Of a stretch of 64,000 nucleotides of DNA, positions 37,581 through 50,649 are shown piece by piece (position 1 is the first letter of the stretch; each line of letters begins with the position of its first letter). Position numbers and translations under genes: made by a program. The DNA is from Camelus ferus (taxonomy: Eukaryota). The notes under the pieces were generated by a model. The model saw only the letters and a program-made list of their open reading frames with translations, did not search any database and was not told the DNA's origin. The stretch lies in assembly GCF_009834535.1 (NCBI RefSeq), contig NC_045705.1:31558001-31622000 (forward strand). The letters are read 5' to 3'.

Positions 37581-37884
37581 AGAAATCTACCAACCAACAT
37601 CAGCTCTGAAGCACCACCACAAGCATCGTTTGAACCCCCAAAATTGTACCCCAAGATACATCAACTGCAGACTTTAGTACTGGGGGCTTGCAGAACAAGC
37701 AGCTCCTGGGAGACAGGGCAACCATGCTAGTTGTTGTGTGATGGGAAATCATTCCTGAAGAGTGTTTGACAAGGTACGTTTCTTCAGTCACTTGAAAACA
37801 GATTCTCAAAATTTTAGTGGAAATTTCATCTTGAGTTTGAGATCTTGTTTTTTTTTTTTTAAGTTAGTAAAAAGATGGCTGCCT

Positions 37885-38012
37885 TCATAAAAAAGAATAA
37901 AATAATGCCATTTGCAGCAATATGGATGGACCTGAAGATTGTCATTCTAATTGAAGAGGGCTGGAAAAAGAAAGAAAAATGCCATATGACATCATTTATA
38001 TGAGGAATCTAA

Positions 38013-38064
<52 letters not shown>

Positions 38065-38080
38065 GGACACAGATGAGCTA
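37885..38080 (+). mobile_element. L1 3' UTR fragment containing (TAA)16 at 38017-38064
   Basis: aataatgccatttgcagcaatatggatggacctgaagattgtcattctaa followed by a perfect TAA run. Confidence 0.85.
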
Positions 38081-39039
38081 CTTATTATTTATAACTAAGA
38101 TGATTGATCTCTTGAATATGTGTAAGCACATTTGACTGTCCTTTATGATTGGGTTACTACATTCTGTTGATTCTTATTTTGTAGTTGGCTTTATTCCTTT
38201 GATAACTATACAAGTTTAAAAAGTGAAAGCTCTAATCTGTTCTTAGAAACAATAATCAGTACATATATGTAAACTAAAATAATGTGTATTATACTGTGTG
38301 TATGTATTTATATGCAATATAATGTGCAGTCAAACTGTAATAATTCTACCTAATACAACTAAAAAAGGGAAAAATACGGCTGCCTTTATTAATATTAAAA
38401 AATTATTTCTATTTATTCTTTAAAGCAATGAGGATGATAAAAACAGGCTAAGAAAGCTTAAATAGCTCATTCAAGGTAAGAAAATATGATACCCCAGCTT
38501 AGGACAGAAACCAGGTCTGTGCTTCCTGGACAGCTATGTGCTTTAAGCTGTCTTTGTTCACATCTGAGTGAATCAGTTATCACTGGGTTTTTCAGTTGCT
38601 CAGTGCATTTTAACTCTTCGGCTGCAGTAATTTCCAGCTAACTGACAGTGACAAGGAAAGCATATAATATACTTGAAGATGATATTTGCAAAAGTACAAT
38701 TGATTGGAGTTAGCTCATAAGAGGATGGAATTACCAATGCATTGGTGGGCTCACACAGGTACCCTCTTCACTATTCACCAAATGATATAGTCCAGATCCA
38801 TTCTGAAACCTGTTAACCTTCCCAAGCCCTCACTTAATTTATCTAATCTAGGCCTTGTGTAGTTTTTTTTTTTTTTTGACTTCAACTTTAATATCACTTT
38901 TAAAAGAATACTTTACCTGAGCATTTCCACCTCCACCCTACTTTAAGCCATGTCCAAATGACATAAAGATATATATGTCCCTTTTCACAGTGCTCACTGT
39001 TCTTTTTTTTTTTTTAATAGTTGAATTCTTGCATCATGA

Positions 39040-39250
39040 GGGCAAAGACATTATCTAGGCTTTGGAGACAGGTTTGTATTTAAATTTCAGCTCTGCCACT
39101 ACTCAATTCTGATCCCGTGTAAATTACTCATTTTCCTCAATGTAAAATGGGAATAACAATGGTGCTCATCATGAAGCATACCTCACATATGTGTGTTTAA
39201 CGTAGGGCCTGGCCTACAGCACTTGATAGTTAGTTGCTGTCATTTTTATT
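39040..39250 (+). mobile_element. MIR SINE
   Basis: taggctttggagacaggtttgtatttaaatttcagctctgccact...tgtaaaatgggaataacaatgg. Confidence 0.7.
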
Positions 39251-39462
39251 ATTGAACAAAGCTGCCTGGTACATTTCAGATATTCCATTAAAAAAAAAAA
39301 AAAACCAGAAATGAAGAATCCACGTTCTGACTGTAGCCTGATGCTTCTCTCATTCTTGTAGATGAATTCTAATCATTGTCAAAAATGTCATTCTCTAGTT
39401 GGAAGGGCTGTAGCCAGAAGGGAGAAGCATTTGGTTGCTACTTTGGCAAAGTCTACGAAAGT

Positions 39463-39586
39463 TAATTACTCTTCCCTTGAGGAAATAGCACAGAAGTAAG
39501 TCACCTACTTGCAGAAAACTGGTGTCTCTATACGGTGAGAACTGAAGGATTTGAGAAGGCAGGGCTGCGAGGACATTTTGGTGAGT
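39463..39586 (+). promoter_or_regulatory. Putative promoter and short first exon of the OR4C gene at 42062
   Basis: TAATTA (39463-39468) + TCCCTTGAGGA (39473-39483), aligning to the OR4C45-like promoter (aattactaatcctctgagga). Donor TTG|GTGAGT at 39581. Acceptor cttttcAG at 42031-42032. Confidence 0.55.
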
Positions 39587-41329
39587 AAACCACAAAGGCA
39601 GTGTCTCTCCCTGACCTCCTCTGGGTAAAACCGGGGAGTTTAGTGAAAAGATGCGAGGAGGAAGGATGAGTCCCCAAGACCAAAATATCTAACTTTGCGC
39701 TGAGTATAGATGCTCTGAAAAAAGGCTTGGGAGAACTGGCTTCAGGACATTTCTCATCCAGAGGATCTTTAATCCACTGCTGATTTTCATAATTGGATTT
39801 ACTTTTCTAGTGTTAGAAATGGCAACCATGTTCTTAGGGCCTAGCAGACTAAATTCTATACATATATTAAAAAAAATTATAGACATCTATGAATCCCATA
39901 GAAATAGAAATGGGAAAGAGCTGCTGAAATCTCCCCCCTCCCCCCAAACCCAAATTCCTTTTAAATACAAAGTGAATGTGTCTTCTTTCTGGACTAGTTT
40001 ATTATTTGAACAAGGCAGGCCAAGATGAGAAGTCCTAGACAGGATGTGGTGAGCACTGGTATATAGGAGAGACACGACTTTCTTCTTTTTGATTTTACTT
40101 CAGGGCTTTCTTTTCTGGAAACACTTTTTTTTTTTTTTTTAACACAGTAAATTAACATGATCATGATTCTGGTTGCACACAACTTAGACTGAAGAGAACC
40201 CTGATGAGGTTTATTTTAAGTATTGCTGAGCCTGTAAGGGACCAACTGATGACAAGTCAGTAGTTTAAAATCCTCAGTACTGAGCTGGGCAATAGAAACT
40301 TTTTTTCTGACCAATTTGTATGTAAGAACAACCTGATTCTTATATGTCAGTATTTTTTGTGATGTCGATCCTAAGGGCCACAATCAACAAAGGTGTTTGA
40401 TAAAAAGTTCGGAATTCAAGGGCAACACTTGTTGGAAATGTTACAACACATCTGCCTGAAAAATGTCTTTCTTAGATGGCTCTGTAATGTGCCCATTTTC
40501 CTCCTCCTTTTCCTCTTTTCCTTTCTTTGTTTTACCTTTTCTCCTTTTTCTTTTTCTTCTCTTCTCCTCTCTTTCTCTTGCCACATCTCTTTTCTCACTC
40601 TCTCACCAAATGCTTTAAAATGCCTAATATTGGCCAGCACTACAGATACAAAAATGAATAGATCTACAAAGCCTTTATTTGAATAATGAGCTGAGCTTAA
40701 AGTTTCCTGTTTCCCAGAAAACTCTGCATTTAATTGTTAAGAGTTGAAATTAGAAGGACTACATTATTTTTAATGTTTTGGAATATGAAATATTAGCAAA
40801 TGAATTAATTAAATGAATAATGAAATGAATTCCCATAAAAGTAAGCAAACTGAACAATAATTAAATCTTTAAGTTAAAGATTCTTTTAATAGCTTGCTTC
40901 AAAAACCTTTAAAAAAAATCTGAGGACCTTCCTTTTTGACATTTAACCTTGTTCTCTTCAATTGGGTAGCTTACAATTTCAGAATCCTTGCCTTTTGGAG
41001 ATGTTTGGAGAGAATTTTGAAGGTTTTCTTTAGTGATAAAGCCATGAGAAAATAAAGACCATCCAACAACAACAATAATGCTTAAAATGATTTAATATTC
41101 ACAACAATCTTAAATACAGGTGTACTTACCCTTCTAACAGATGAAAAATTGAAGCAAAGGGAGATAAAATGAATTAATGTTATATAGTTAATAAGGGGTA
41201 GATCCTGAACTCCAAACTAAGTCTTGGGATTTTAAGCCCATTTTTCTTTCTTTGCTTTTTAATGCATTTCTAATTCTCCCTTTCTCCTTTCTTTCTCTCC
41301 CATTTGCTTTCTTTCTTTTTTTTCTTCTC

Positions 41330-41640
41330 CCTCTCTCAGTCAATGTTTTATGAGTGTTTCCTTTTTGGCCAGCACTGGGGATACAGATATGAATAAGATT
41401 ACAATTGTAGTAAAGCATATTTTTGCCTTCAGGGGCCCACATTGATGAATAAAGAGATATGCGTGTGAGACAATGTGGCAGGTGCTATAGTGGACATTTG
41501 CCACATTCTCTGAGGTTGGGGGAGGTAGCAGCATCACTTTTCAGTTTTGAGGAAGTGGAGAAGCTTCCAGACAGGCCAGGTAGGAACAGGTATCACTCAT
41601 GCAAGAATCTTCATGTCTTTGAGCCTTTTTGTATGACTTA
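41330..41640 (-). mobile_element. L2 fragment
   Basis: caatgttttatgagtgtttcctttttggccagcactggggatacagatatgaataag (reverse of an L2 3' end). A similar piece lies at ~40605-40670. Confidence 0.65.
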
Positions 41641-42061
41641 AGTGAATAGAACAAATAGATTTTTCACTGGTAAATATGCCCAACCATTTTGGGGATAAAA
41701 TACATGCATATTTGGGTATTTATGAATGTGCCACCTATATGGTCACATCATGGATTGGCTCTTAAAACTTGATGTATGATATTTTTCTTTTCTGATTTTA
41801 AAAGTTTGCATTTTTATCATCAAAAATTAAAAGCACATGAGTGAATTATAAAGAACAAAATAAATACCCCTTATACTGTTACTTGTACGAATATACCAAA
41901 ACCCCACAACTGTTATGGTTTTGTGCTTGCTTTTGCCTTTTGTGGAAGAAAAGAAAATAAGGCACTCCATGAAGATATTTATTCCTTAAGTAGAGGTGTC
42001 ATGACTGAGGATGACTGTGACTGTCTTTTCAGGGAAGTCACTTGTCCCCTGAATTGAGTTG

Positions 42062-42973
42062 ATGGAAAGGATGAATAACTTGACAGAATTCATCCTCCTG
42101 GGCCTGACTCAAAATGTGGAGCTTCAGAAATTTTCCTTTGTTGTGTTCTTAATGGTCTACTTGGTCACCTTGGCAGGTAACCTGCTCATCATGATCACCG
42201 TCAGCACCAGCAGGGCCCTGGGCTGCCCCATGTTCTTCTTCCTGTCTTACCTATCCCTGATAGACGGCTGCTCTTCTTCCTCCATGGTCCCTAAAATGCT
42301 AGCTGACACCCTCACTGTGAGAAAAAACATCTCTTTTAGGGGATGCATGACTCAAGTCTTCGCTGAGCATCTTTTTGGTGCTGCTGAGATCATCCTTCTC
42401 ACGGTCATGGTCTATGACCACTATGTGGCCATCTGCAAACCCCTGCACTACACGACCATCATGAGTCGTCAGGTGTGCAGCCTTCTTGTGGGAGTGGCCT
42501 GGGCTGGAGCCTTTGTCCACGCGACCATTCAGATCCTCTTCACAGTCTGGCTGCCCTTCTGTGGCCCCAATGTCATAGATCACTTCATGTGCGACTTGAA
42601 CCCTTTGTTGAAACTCGTCTGCATGGACACTCATACCCTTGGTCTTTTTGTTGCTGCCAATAGTGGGTTTATCCGCTTGTTAAACTTCCTCCTTTTGATG
42701 GTCTCCTATGTGGTCATCTTACACTCCCTAAGGGCCTATAGCTTGGAGGGGAGACCCAAAGTCCTCTCCACCTGTGTCTCCCACATCACCGTGGTCATTC
42801 TATTCTTTGTGCCTTGCTTATTTGTGTACCTGCGTCCAGCGATCACCTTTTCCATTGATAAAGCTGTGGCTGTGTTTTATACCATGATAACTCCCATGTT
42901 AAACCCTTTAATCTACACCCTCCGAAACGCAGAGGTGAAAAATGCTGTGAAGAAGCTCTGGATCAAAAGGTGA
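42062..42973 (+). CDS. Olfactory receptor, OR4C subfamily, unassigned and apparently mosaic; 303 aa, open ORF with deviant motifs
   Basis: [72 protein letters not shown]. The track start at 42059 is a TTG; the ATG is at 42062. Confidence 0.92.
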   Translation: MERMNNLTEFILLGLTQNVELQKFSFVVFLMVYLVTLAGNLLIMITVSTSRALGCPMFFFLSYLSLIDGCSSSSMVPKMLADTLTVRKNISFRGCMTQVFAEHLFGAAEIILLTVMVYDHYVAICKPLHYTTIMSRQVCSLLVGVAWAGAFVHATIQILFTVWLPFCGPNVIDHFMCDLNPLLKLVCMDTHTLGLFVAANSGFIRLLNFLLLMVSYVVILHSLRAYSLEGRPKVLSTCVSHITVVILFFVPCLFVYLRPAITFSIDKAVAVFYTMITPMLNPLIYTLRNAEVKNAVKKLWIKR

Positions 42974-43179
42974 CTTCAACAGAGAAATAATCACAGCAGT
43001 ATACAATGACTTAGTTTTTTAAATGGCAAAGAGAAAACCACATAATTTCTATGGTTCAGGGACAAGTGAACACTATATGTAAAAGTATGTTGATGTTGGC
43101 ATACAAGCCCTTTGAGAAAATCCCAGGCAGAAAATTACTTATTATTTAAAAATATACCATTTAGATTTACTGAGTGCCA

Positions 43180-43368
43180 TTTTAGTTGTCAGACTTTGGT
43201 GTACTTTCAGAATTATTTGGAATTCTTGTTAAAATGCACATTCCCAGGATACAGCTCTAGAGATTCTAATTCAACAGGACTGTTACTGGATTGGCATCTC
43301 TGCATTCTAAACAAATTATCAAGATGTTTCTAAGCAGGTGATTTATGCAGACGCTTTGAATAACAGTG
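43180..43368. mobile_element. MER5-like hAT-Charlie DNA transposon
   Basis: cagaattatttggaattcttgttaaaatgcacattcccagg...agagattctaattcaacagg...caggtgatttatgcagacgctttgaataacagtg. Confidence 0.65.
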
Positions 43369-44659
43369 CTACAGATTACGTTTGTGTCCTCAGCCTACGA
43401 ATGGATCACCTTATTAAGGCATTTCCTAGGGATTATCTTGCATAGCAGATGCTATGAGAATCATGAAACTCTCATTTCTTCATAAATCATGCAATGCAAG
43501 CTTACTACCTTTGCAATTACAAAACAAAATTATAGTATTCTGGGAAAATAAAGATGTTTTTGGTATTTATTCTCCATCTTCTCTTTCTATACTTTTTAAT
43601 CTTTTGCTCCATCTGGTCTCTTTTTTTCTTTCTGTACTTCCAAGGGGAAGATCTATCATCTATTCTTGTTGAATTATTTGCACTAAAATTCATTATTATT
43701 ATAATATCACCTAGTCATTCATATTGAGAACATTTTTTTTCATGAATTTATGGTGTGAAAGAGGCTTTATGTATTATTATTATATGTATATTTTGGAGGA
43801 ATGGGTGGTAGAGTTTAATACATAATAGTAGTTAAGAGAATAGTCACTGAGTAAGATAGTTCTGAGATCCAAACTTAGTTTTGTCATTAGAGTGTGAGCT
43901 TTGGCAAACCATGCCTCTTTAAGTTTGAGTTAAAGGGGAATAATAGAGATATTATCAGGATTAAATAAATAATCCTTGTAGATCTTTTATTACCAATTAT
44001 TTTGGTTTATATCTTTTCTGGAACTAGCAAGAGCTTCATTCTGTCTGGGTCAGGACCTCTGTGGATCTTGCCTTGGTGCCTTGGGTGAAAAAGGCAGCTC
44101 CCTGTATGACCAATACTGTGTCAGATAACTTTTCCCTGGAACTAACAGAACTAGTATTAAATTCTACCTCATTAGGTTATGTAACATTGGATGTATTTCA
44201 TAAGGTCTCAAGATCTTATATTAATCTTAGCTCATATGTACGGTGAAATAGTAGCCCCTATTTCATAGGGTTGTTTTAAGCACCAGATGAGACATTGTAT
44301 GGAAAGTATCCAGGACAGTGCTTGTTACTCAGTGGGTTTTCAACAAATGTCCCTGTCTTTGCTGCTTCCCTCATTTCTCCATCAGCATTCCATTCTCTCT
44401 GACTTAAAAAAACTCTATAATATATACTTGTTACTCACCCCTACATAACTATTATATTAGGAGGTCATGAGGAATTTTCAGAAGTCAGAGAGTAACGCCC
44501 CCAAATTAATACAAGATGAATGAGATTCACTCTCTAAACAATTCACCTTAAAAATGTGAATGCCTCCAAAGTTAAAATCAGGTTCAGGAAGCCCCCCAAC
44601 ATTTGATAAAATTTTTATGACAAATAAGAATAAATCTGCAGTACAATACTTGGTAATTG

Positions 44660-44895
44660 TATTAGAACTGTTGCCACTTATTACAACTTCGCTGGTGCTA
44701 CAAAAGCAAGTTATTATTTAATCCCTATAAGAACCTTACGAAATAGATAATGTTACTCATGCTTTCCAGAAGAATTAACTGAAGCTTGGAAAATGTAAAT
44801 AATTTACCAGAGGTCACAGAACTAGAAAATGCCTGGGGTGGGACTTGAACCCACGTAGTTTGGCTTTAGAACTTGCACTCTTAAACACTACAGTA
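44660..44895 (-). mobile_element. MIR SINE
   Basis: tttaatccctataagaaccttacgaaatagataatg...aactgaagcttgg...ccagaggtcacagaactag...gggacttgaacccacgtagtttggctttagaacttgcactcttaaacactac. Confidence 0.75.
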
Positions 44896-45559
44896 TCAGC
44901 ACACATCTTAAAATGACACATACCACGTAGCACTTTCTAGTGGAGGGAGACAGGCAACCAATCAGTAAACATATAAACAAGCCACACCGAGAGAAAAAAG
45001 TGCTGAAAAAACTGAAAGGTGTGATGTGGTGGTGACTTAGATGACAGGGGGCCACTCTAGATTATGTGCTCAAGGAAGACCCAAGAGCACGAATTTACAG
45101 CATTTACTTAACTATGTCCAGGAAAGGAGACACTGAGCTAAAGGTTATGAGTAAACTCACCAGAGGGGAGTTCTCATACAGGGGAAGGGGGTTTTTATCT
45201 GACTTGGATGAGTACCATTAACGACTCTCTTCTTTATAACTCAAAGATCACCAAGCAACCTTAAACTTACAAGTGATTAAGCTCCGATTAAAATCAGGAC
45301 AAAGCAAAATAAAACATGTCTACTCAAGCAATCCTCTTTCCTTGGAGCTTGCATTTGCTTCCTGGCAGGTTGCTCTCTTTGGTGGACTCTGGTGTAGTCG
45401 ACAGCATTGACCTCCACTTTGCCTCTTTGTGGCTTTTTAGATTTTAATTTCTACAATTTTTTTCTCAGGTAAAAGCATTCATTAGAGGAACTAAGCTAAA
45501 CTGATCAGTAGAGAGAAAGCTGTTTAACTAAATTTACATGAAATTATAATTGGCCTTTT

Positions 45560-46012
45560 CTTGGCTTATCAGGCTCTGCCCAGTTGTACCCCTTCTCAAA
45601 CATGCGCCTTCTTGAATTATCTTACATCATTCCTTCTCATGTTCACTAACTCCAGTTGCAATGCCCTCCTTTTTGCCCACGAGCCTTTGAACTAGTTCTT
45701 CTTTATTCCCCAAATACTCTTCCTATAGACCTTCCTATGGCTGGGCCATTATCCCCACTGTCTTCTTTAACCACCGAAGTGAAGCCATTCTCTATCTCCT
45801 TGAATTACTCTCAATCACATCACTCTGTTACATTTTCTTTAAGTATCTTCATTATCTGATTATCCAATTTGCTTGTTTATTCTCTGTCTCTTCTAATTAG
45901 AACATAAATTCTATGTGGTAGAGGCAGTGTCTGTTTTGTTCACCACCGCATTTCCAAGTACAGAGAATAGACTTGGAACAGAGTAAATGCTTAACAACTA
46001 TTTAATGAATAA
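45560..46012 (+). mobile_element. L2 3' end (L2a-like)
   Basis: gcctttgaactagttcttctttattccccaaatactcttcc; aaattctatgtggtagaggcagtgtctgttttgttcacc; gagtaaatgcttaacaactatttaatgaat. Confidence 0.75.
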
Positions 46013-46024
46013 AAGGCCATCATC

Positions 46025-46490
46025 TCTACTTTTCACTGTATCCTACAAATTTTGATAAGTTTTGTTTTCACTTTCATTGAGTTTAAAATATTTAAAAATT
46101 TTTCTTGAGGTTTATTCCCTGACCCCATGTCATTTAGAATTGTTTTGTTTATTCCTCAAATGTTTTGGTATTTCTCAGCTATCTTCCTATAATTGATTTC
46201 TAATTTAATTCCATTGTAGTCTGAGAGAAAACATTGTACAATTTCTATTCTTTAAAATTTGTTAAGGTGTGTTTTATGGCCCAGAATGTGGTCTAGCTTG
46301 GTGAATATTCCATGTGAGTTTGGAAGAATGTGCATTCTGCTGCTGTTGAAGGAAGTAGTCTATAGATGTCAATTATATACAGTAGATTGACATTGCTGTT
46401 GAGTTTAGCTCTGTCCTTAACTGATTTTGTGTCTTCTAGATTTGTCCATTTCTGACAGTGGATTTTTGAAGCCTCTAACTATAATTACCT
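46025..46490 (-). mobile_element. LINE-1 ORF2 endonuclease-region fragment, antisense
   Basis: aatttaattccattgtagtctgagagaaaacattgtac; tttatggcccagaatgtggtctagcttggtgaatattccatgtgagtttggaagaatgtgcattctgctgctgttg. Confidence 0.85.
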
Positions 46491-49400
46491 TACTAAGTGG
46501 TTCCATTTTTTCTTGTCTGACTCTACTATGAGAGTATAATGTCAATGCAAGCAGAGTTTTTATCCTGATTTTTTTCTATTTTAATAACTATGATATCCAT
46601 CGTTCATAGCATGGAACCTGGAACAAATAGATGCTCAAACATTTTAAAAAATAATAAGTTATTTGATAAATAATTAGTTATTATAGCTACATTAGAGATA
46701 AAATTGTTACATATTCAACTTCACTTATACAGAAAAAACTTTTCAGTATTAGATAAAAGGAAAAAATGTCTTGCTATGGGAGAAATAAATGGCAAACTCA
46801 TTTTCACTGAAAAAAAATGGCAGGGCTGGTATATATTTTCAGCTGACAGTAGTTCCATTAAGGTCCTGAGGCTATGTTTTCCTCCTTGTTACATCCTTCT
46901 TAACCCTAGTTACGTGATTGGTCTAACAGGCATTTTTTAAAAAAAAAAAATATAGGTATTCTTTTAAAATTTAGTGGAAAATCCCAGTGAATTTAATTAA
47001 GCAACAGTCAGTTTTGGACACATTCCAACTGCAGGACTCCTTGATTCACATCATCACAAGGTATAAAACTTTAATGCTCTTCTCTTGTGTTAGGTAGGAG
47101 ATGCGGTCTTCCTAAGAACTAATATAATAATTTCAGGAGATGCTTACTAGGCTAAAATCATGATATAAAAGAAGCACAAGAATGTCCTCTCTGAATCTCA
47201 AGTACTAATATTTGGCCATACTGGTACAATAAAATGAGATAGGCTAAACATCTGAATGGTAACTATTCTTTATTGATGTTGCTGTCAAAGAATTGACTAG
47301 ATAAAAAGTTTCCTGGAAAAATGGCTAGTTGCTGTCTTCATATGCAGATGTAAGATTTTTTCTTTTCATTTCTGATAAATTTTTCTAATGAGAAATTTTT
47401 AGTTTTTCTTGTATCATGATTCCTTTGAAATAGAGCTACAATGCAAGCAATAATTTTCTGGAATATTGAGAAGACTGTGGAGAAAATGGACAGACATAAG
47501 CATATGAAATAAAATATACCCTCAAATAATAATGCAGCTTTTTGCCCTCTGTGGGGACAGTGGATGGAAGAGAGATTTCCAGATCTTTATGAGTGAGAAA
47601 AAATTCCTCTTTCAAATTGTGAGAAAGTTTCCAAAAGGTAAGACTTTTAATAGTTAATAGTGGAAACCAGGCTTTGCAGGTGTGTAAATTTCTTTATTAT
47701 AGTACATAGGAAATGATATCACTTGAGTTTATAAGAACTGATAAGTTTAAAAAACTTCTGGCCATGAAGAGACTTTTAAGTAAATCAAACTTAGATTCCA
47801 ATTCCAGGTCTGTCACTTAAAAACAGGTAACTTTGGGAAAATTCATTTTATATTATGAGCCTCAGTTTTTCAACTATAAAATGGAGATAATAATTCTTGC
47901 TATTGTGAACATAAATTGTGATACATTAAATATAATTTTATATATATTTATGTGTATATGTATGCACATATATTTCTGATTGTGTATATATAACATGTAT
48001 TTATGCAAAAGAATAACATCTGAACATAATTTTTCATAGAAAATGAAATTATAGATGTTCTTATAATGTTAGTATTTCCTTTCAATAAAATTTTTTGGTC
48101 TATTTCAATGGAAATAACAGAATACAAATATTTGTTTTCTCACCATGTTATTTTGCATTTCAGAGGGTTATAACCTTGTGGTTCATGCTGATATGCTTAA
48201 TTTGAAGCCTCTGATATTTTGTAAAAAAATGAAGATTGATTATCCATGTTGGTCCAAGAACTGTGTTACATATATTTATATATTTTAGCCCAGTAGATAC
48301 TCACAAAAACTCATTATCTATCATAATCTCATTTTATAAATATGTAAATTATGACCCAGCGTGGTGACTGCCAGTTATTTAAGGTATTACAGTTAGATTT
48401 ATAAAAATATAATTTACTAGTTTTGAAATATCTTTTTTAAGAAGAGAGATATGTATTTTCTAAAAAATTAATTTTATAGACATTGAGTAACATAAAACTG
48501 TTTCTGTGTATATATTAATATAAGATTTATGTGAAACCTTGTATCATAAAGATTTTTGGCTTTCAGGGCAAATAAACTTAAGTGTCTTGAGTAGGAAGAG
48601 GCATATATAATCAGACGTGATAGTCAATTAGCTAAATGGAAACTTCTTCAGGGAAGTTCAATATCATTGAGTAATAAATGGAACAAGATCAGGACTTATG
48701 TGATTTTTGTTGTGAATAGATTAAAAAAATTAAATGACATCAGCAGCCATCTTACAACCTCAAGTGGTTACTTATCTGGAAAAGTAAGAGAGTGATGTGA
48801 AAAGATGCTTCCTCCGTCACCACCAACTTACTGTCCTCTGATGGTGTCACTCCCAGCAGAGACCTTGACTGCTAATGGACCAGTGGACATGCTGAGATGT
48901 CTGGGAGCCTATGTTATCTAAAAGGTGTGCCACAATGTTAAGTATTTGATAAACATTTGTCAACTGAATAAATAAGTGAAGATTAAACTTTCAATATACC
49001 GTTCTACAACACTTCCCATTATTTTAAATGTAATGTGCTTTCTATCTCTGAAATCAGCATCTACAAAAGAATTAATGGAACTAAAGAGAAGGAAAAGCAC
49101 TTTGAATATTTGAGGATTAGTATAAAGTTCTCAGCAGAATGAACATGGAGAATTATAAGACATAAGTTTACACGGGTATGGGTTTAGGGAGGAAGTTTGG
49201 GGTGGCGGCCAGCTTCTAAGACATCTAGGGTCTCTTAAGCCAAAGTATACCAGGGAATTGGATTTTACTGACTGTGATAGAAATCTACTGTAGAGATTTT
49301 CAACAGGGGAATAATATAATTTGAGTAAGATTTAGAGAAGATCACTTGGGTTGCTTCATGAGAATAGATTGTTGAAGGCCAGAACCAAAACAGGAAGAAC

Positions 49401-49840
49401 TTGCAGGAGGCTACTGTGATAGACAAGGGAGGTTTAATGACCAAATTTGCAATATGTTTTAAAGGGAGAGTCAATAGGACTTATTAAAATGTTCAATAAA
49501 TAATGCAAGAGGAATAAAGGAGTGACGGATACTGTCAGATACAAATTCTGTACAATAATATGTAAGGTGGTACCATTTAATTAGGGAATATCTAGGAAGG
49601 ATTAAGCTTATTGTGGAAAATTAAATATTTAGTTTTATAAATACTAAGTTGATATTTAATTGGAGATATCAGTTAGATAGTTGCATATTCAAGTTTAAAA
49701 ATTACGGGAGAGATAGGGACTGAATGCACAATTTTAGAGTGCTTTAGCATTTACAGTTTACAAAAAAGAAGAGGCTCCAAGTAAAGGCACTAACTACAAA
49801 GGAGGTTTTAGTATGTTCTCAGGATATCCAGGAGAGTGAT

Positions 49841-50649
49841 TGTTATGGGTTATATGATATGTCAGAAGACATAATTATGGTTCCATTGTGTCCTTTTAAA
49901 ATTCATATGCTGGTGTCCTTATCCTCAAACTTCAGAATGTGACCTTATTTGGAGATAGGTTCTTTACAAAGGTAATTGAGTTAAAATAGAGTAAATCTTG
50001 CTCCAATGTGATTGACTTTCTTATTAAGAGAAGGATGTGGATGCAGACACGTTTATCTGGAGAACATCACGAGAACTTAAATATGGCTATCTTTAAGCCA
50101 AGGAAGGAGGCATCGAACAGCTCCTTTCCTCACAGTCTTTAAAAACAATCAACACTGTTAACACCTTGATTTTTAATTTCCAACATTGAGAGTAGTGTGA
50201 TGATAAAATTCTATTGTTTAATCCACCCAATTGTGCTACTTTGTTATAGAAGCTCTGGCAAATTAATAAAGATTTGGATACCGAGAAGGGGGGTGTTGCT
50301 GCAATGAATACCAAAAAATGTGCAAGTGGCTTTGGGATTGGGTAGTGGGTAGATGCTGAGAGAGTTTTGAGGTGTGTGATAGAAAGAGCCTAAACTGCCT
50401 TTAAAAGGCTGTTTGTAGAAATATGAACAATAAAAGGTGATCTTGGTGAGGACCCAGAAGGGAACAAGTATGGCTGTAGAGAAAGCATCTATCATCTGAG
50501 AGAATAAATACATATATATCATCATGAACAGAATGTTGCTAGAAATATGATGTTCAGATTGAGGTCTCAAATGGAATGAAGGACACGTTACTGGAAACTG
50601 GAAGAGGGGTGATTGTTGTTCTAAAGAAGCAGCCCTAGCAACTAATACA
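49841..50649 (+). mobile_element. MaLR (MLT1-type) element: 5' LTR, short internal region and 3' LTR end, internally deleted
   Basis: Starts tgttatgg. LTR text aattcatatgctggtgtcc...cagaatgtgaccttatttggagatagg. Internal start gatttggataccgagaaggggggtgttgctgc. Ends gcagccctagcaactaataca. 5-bp TSD gtgat/gtgac. Confidence 0.85.

Noticed and set aside
40481-41420. Apparent local duplication (two CT-rich tracts each followed by ttggccagcact...gataca)
   Set aside because: Better explained as two L2 3' ends with pyrimidine-rich tails. Unique flanks do not align.
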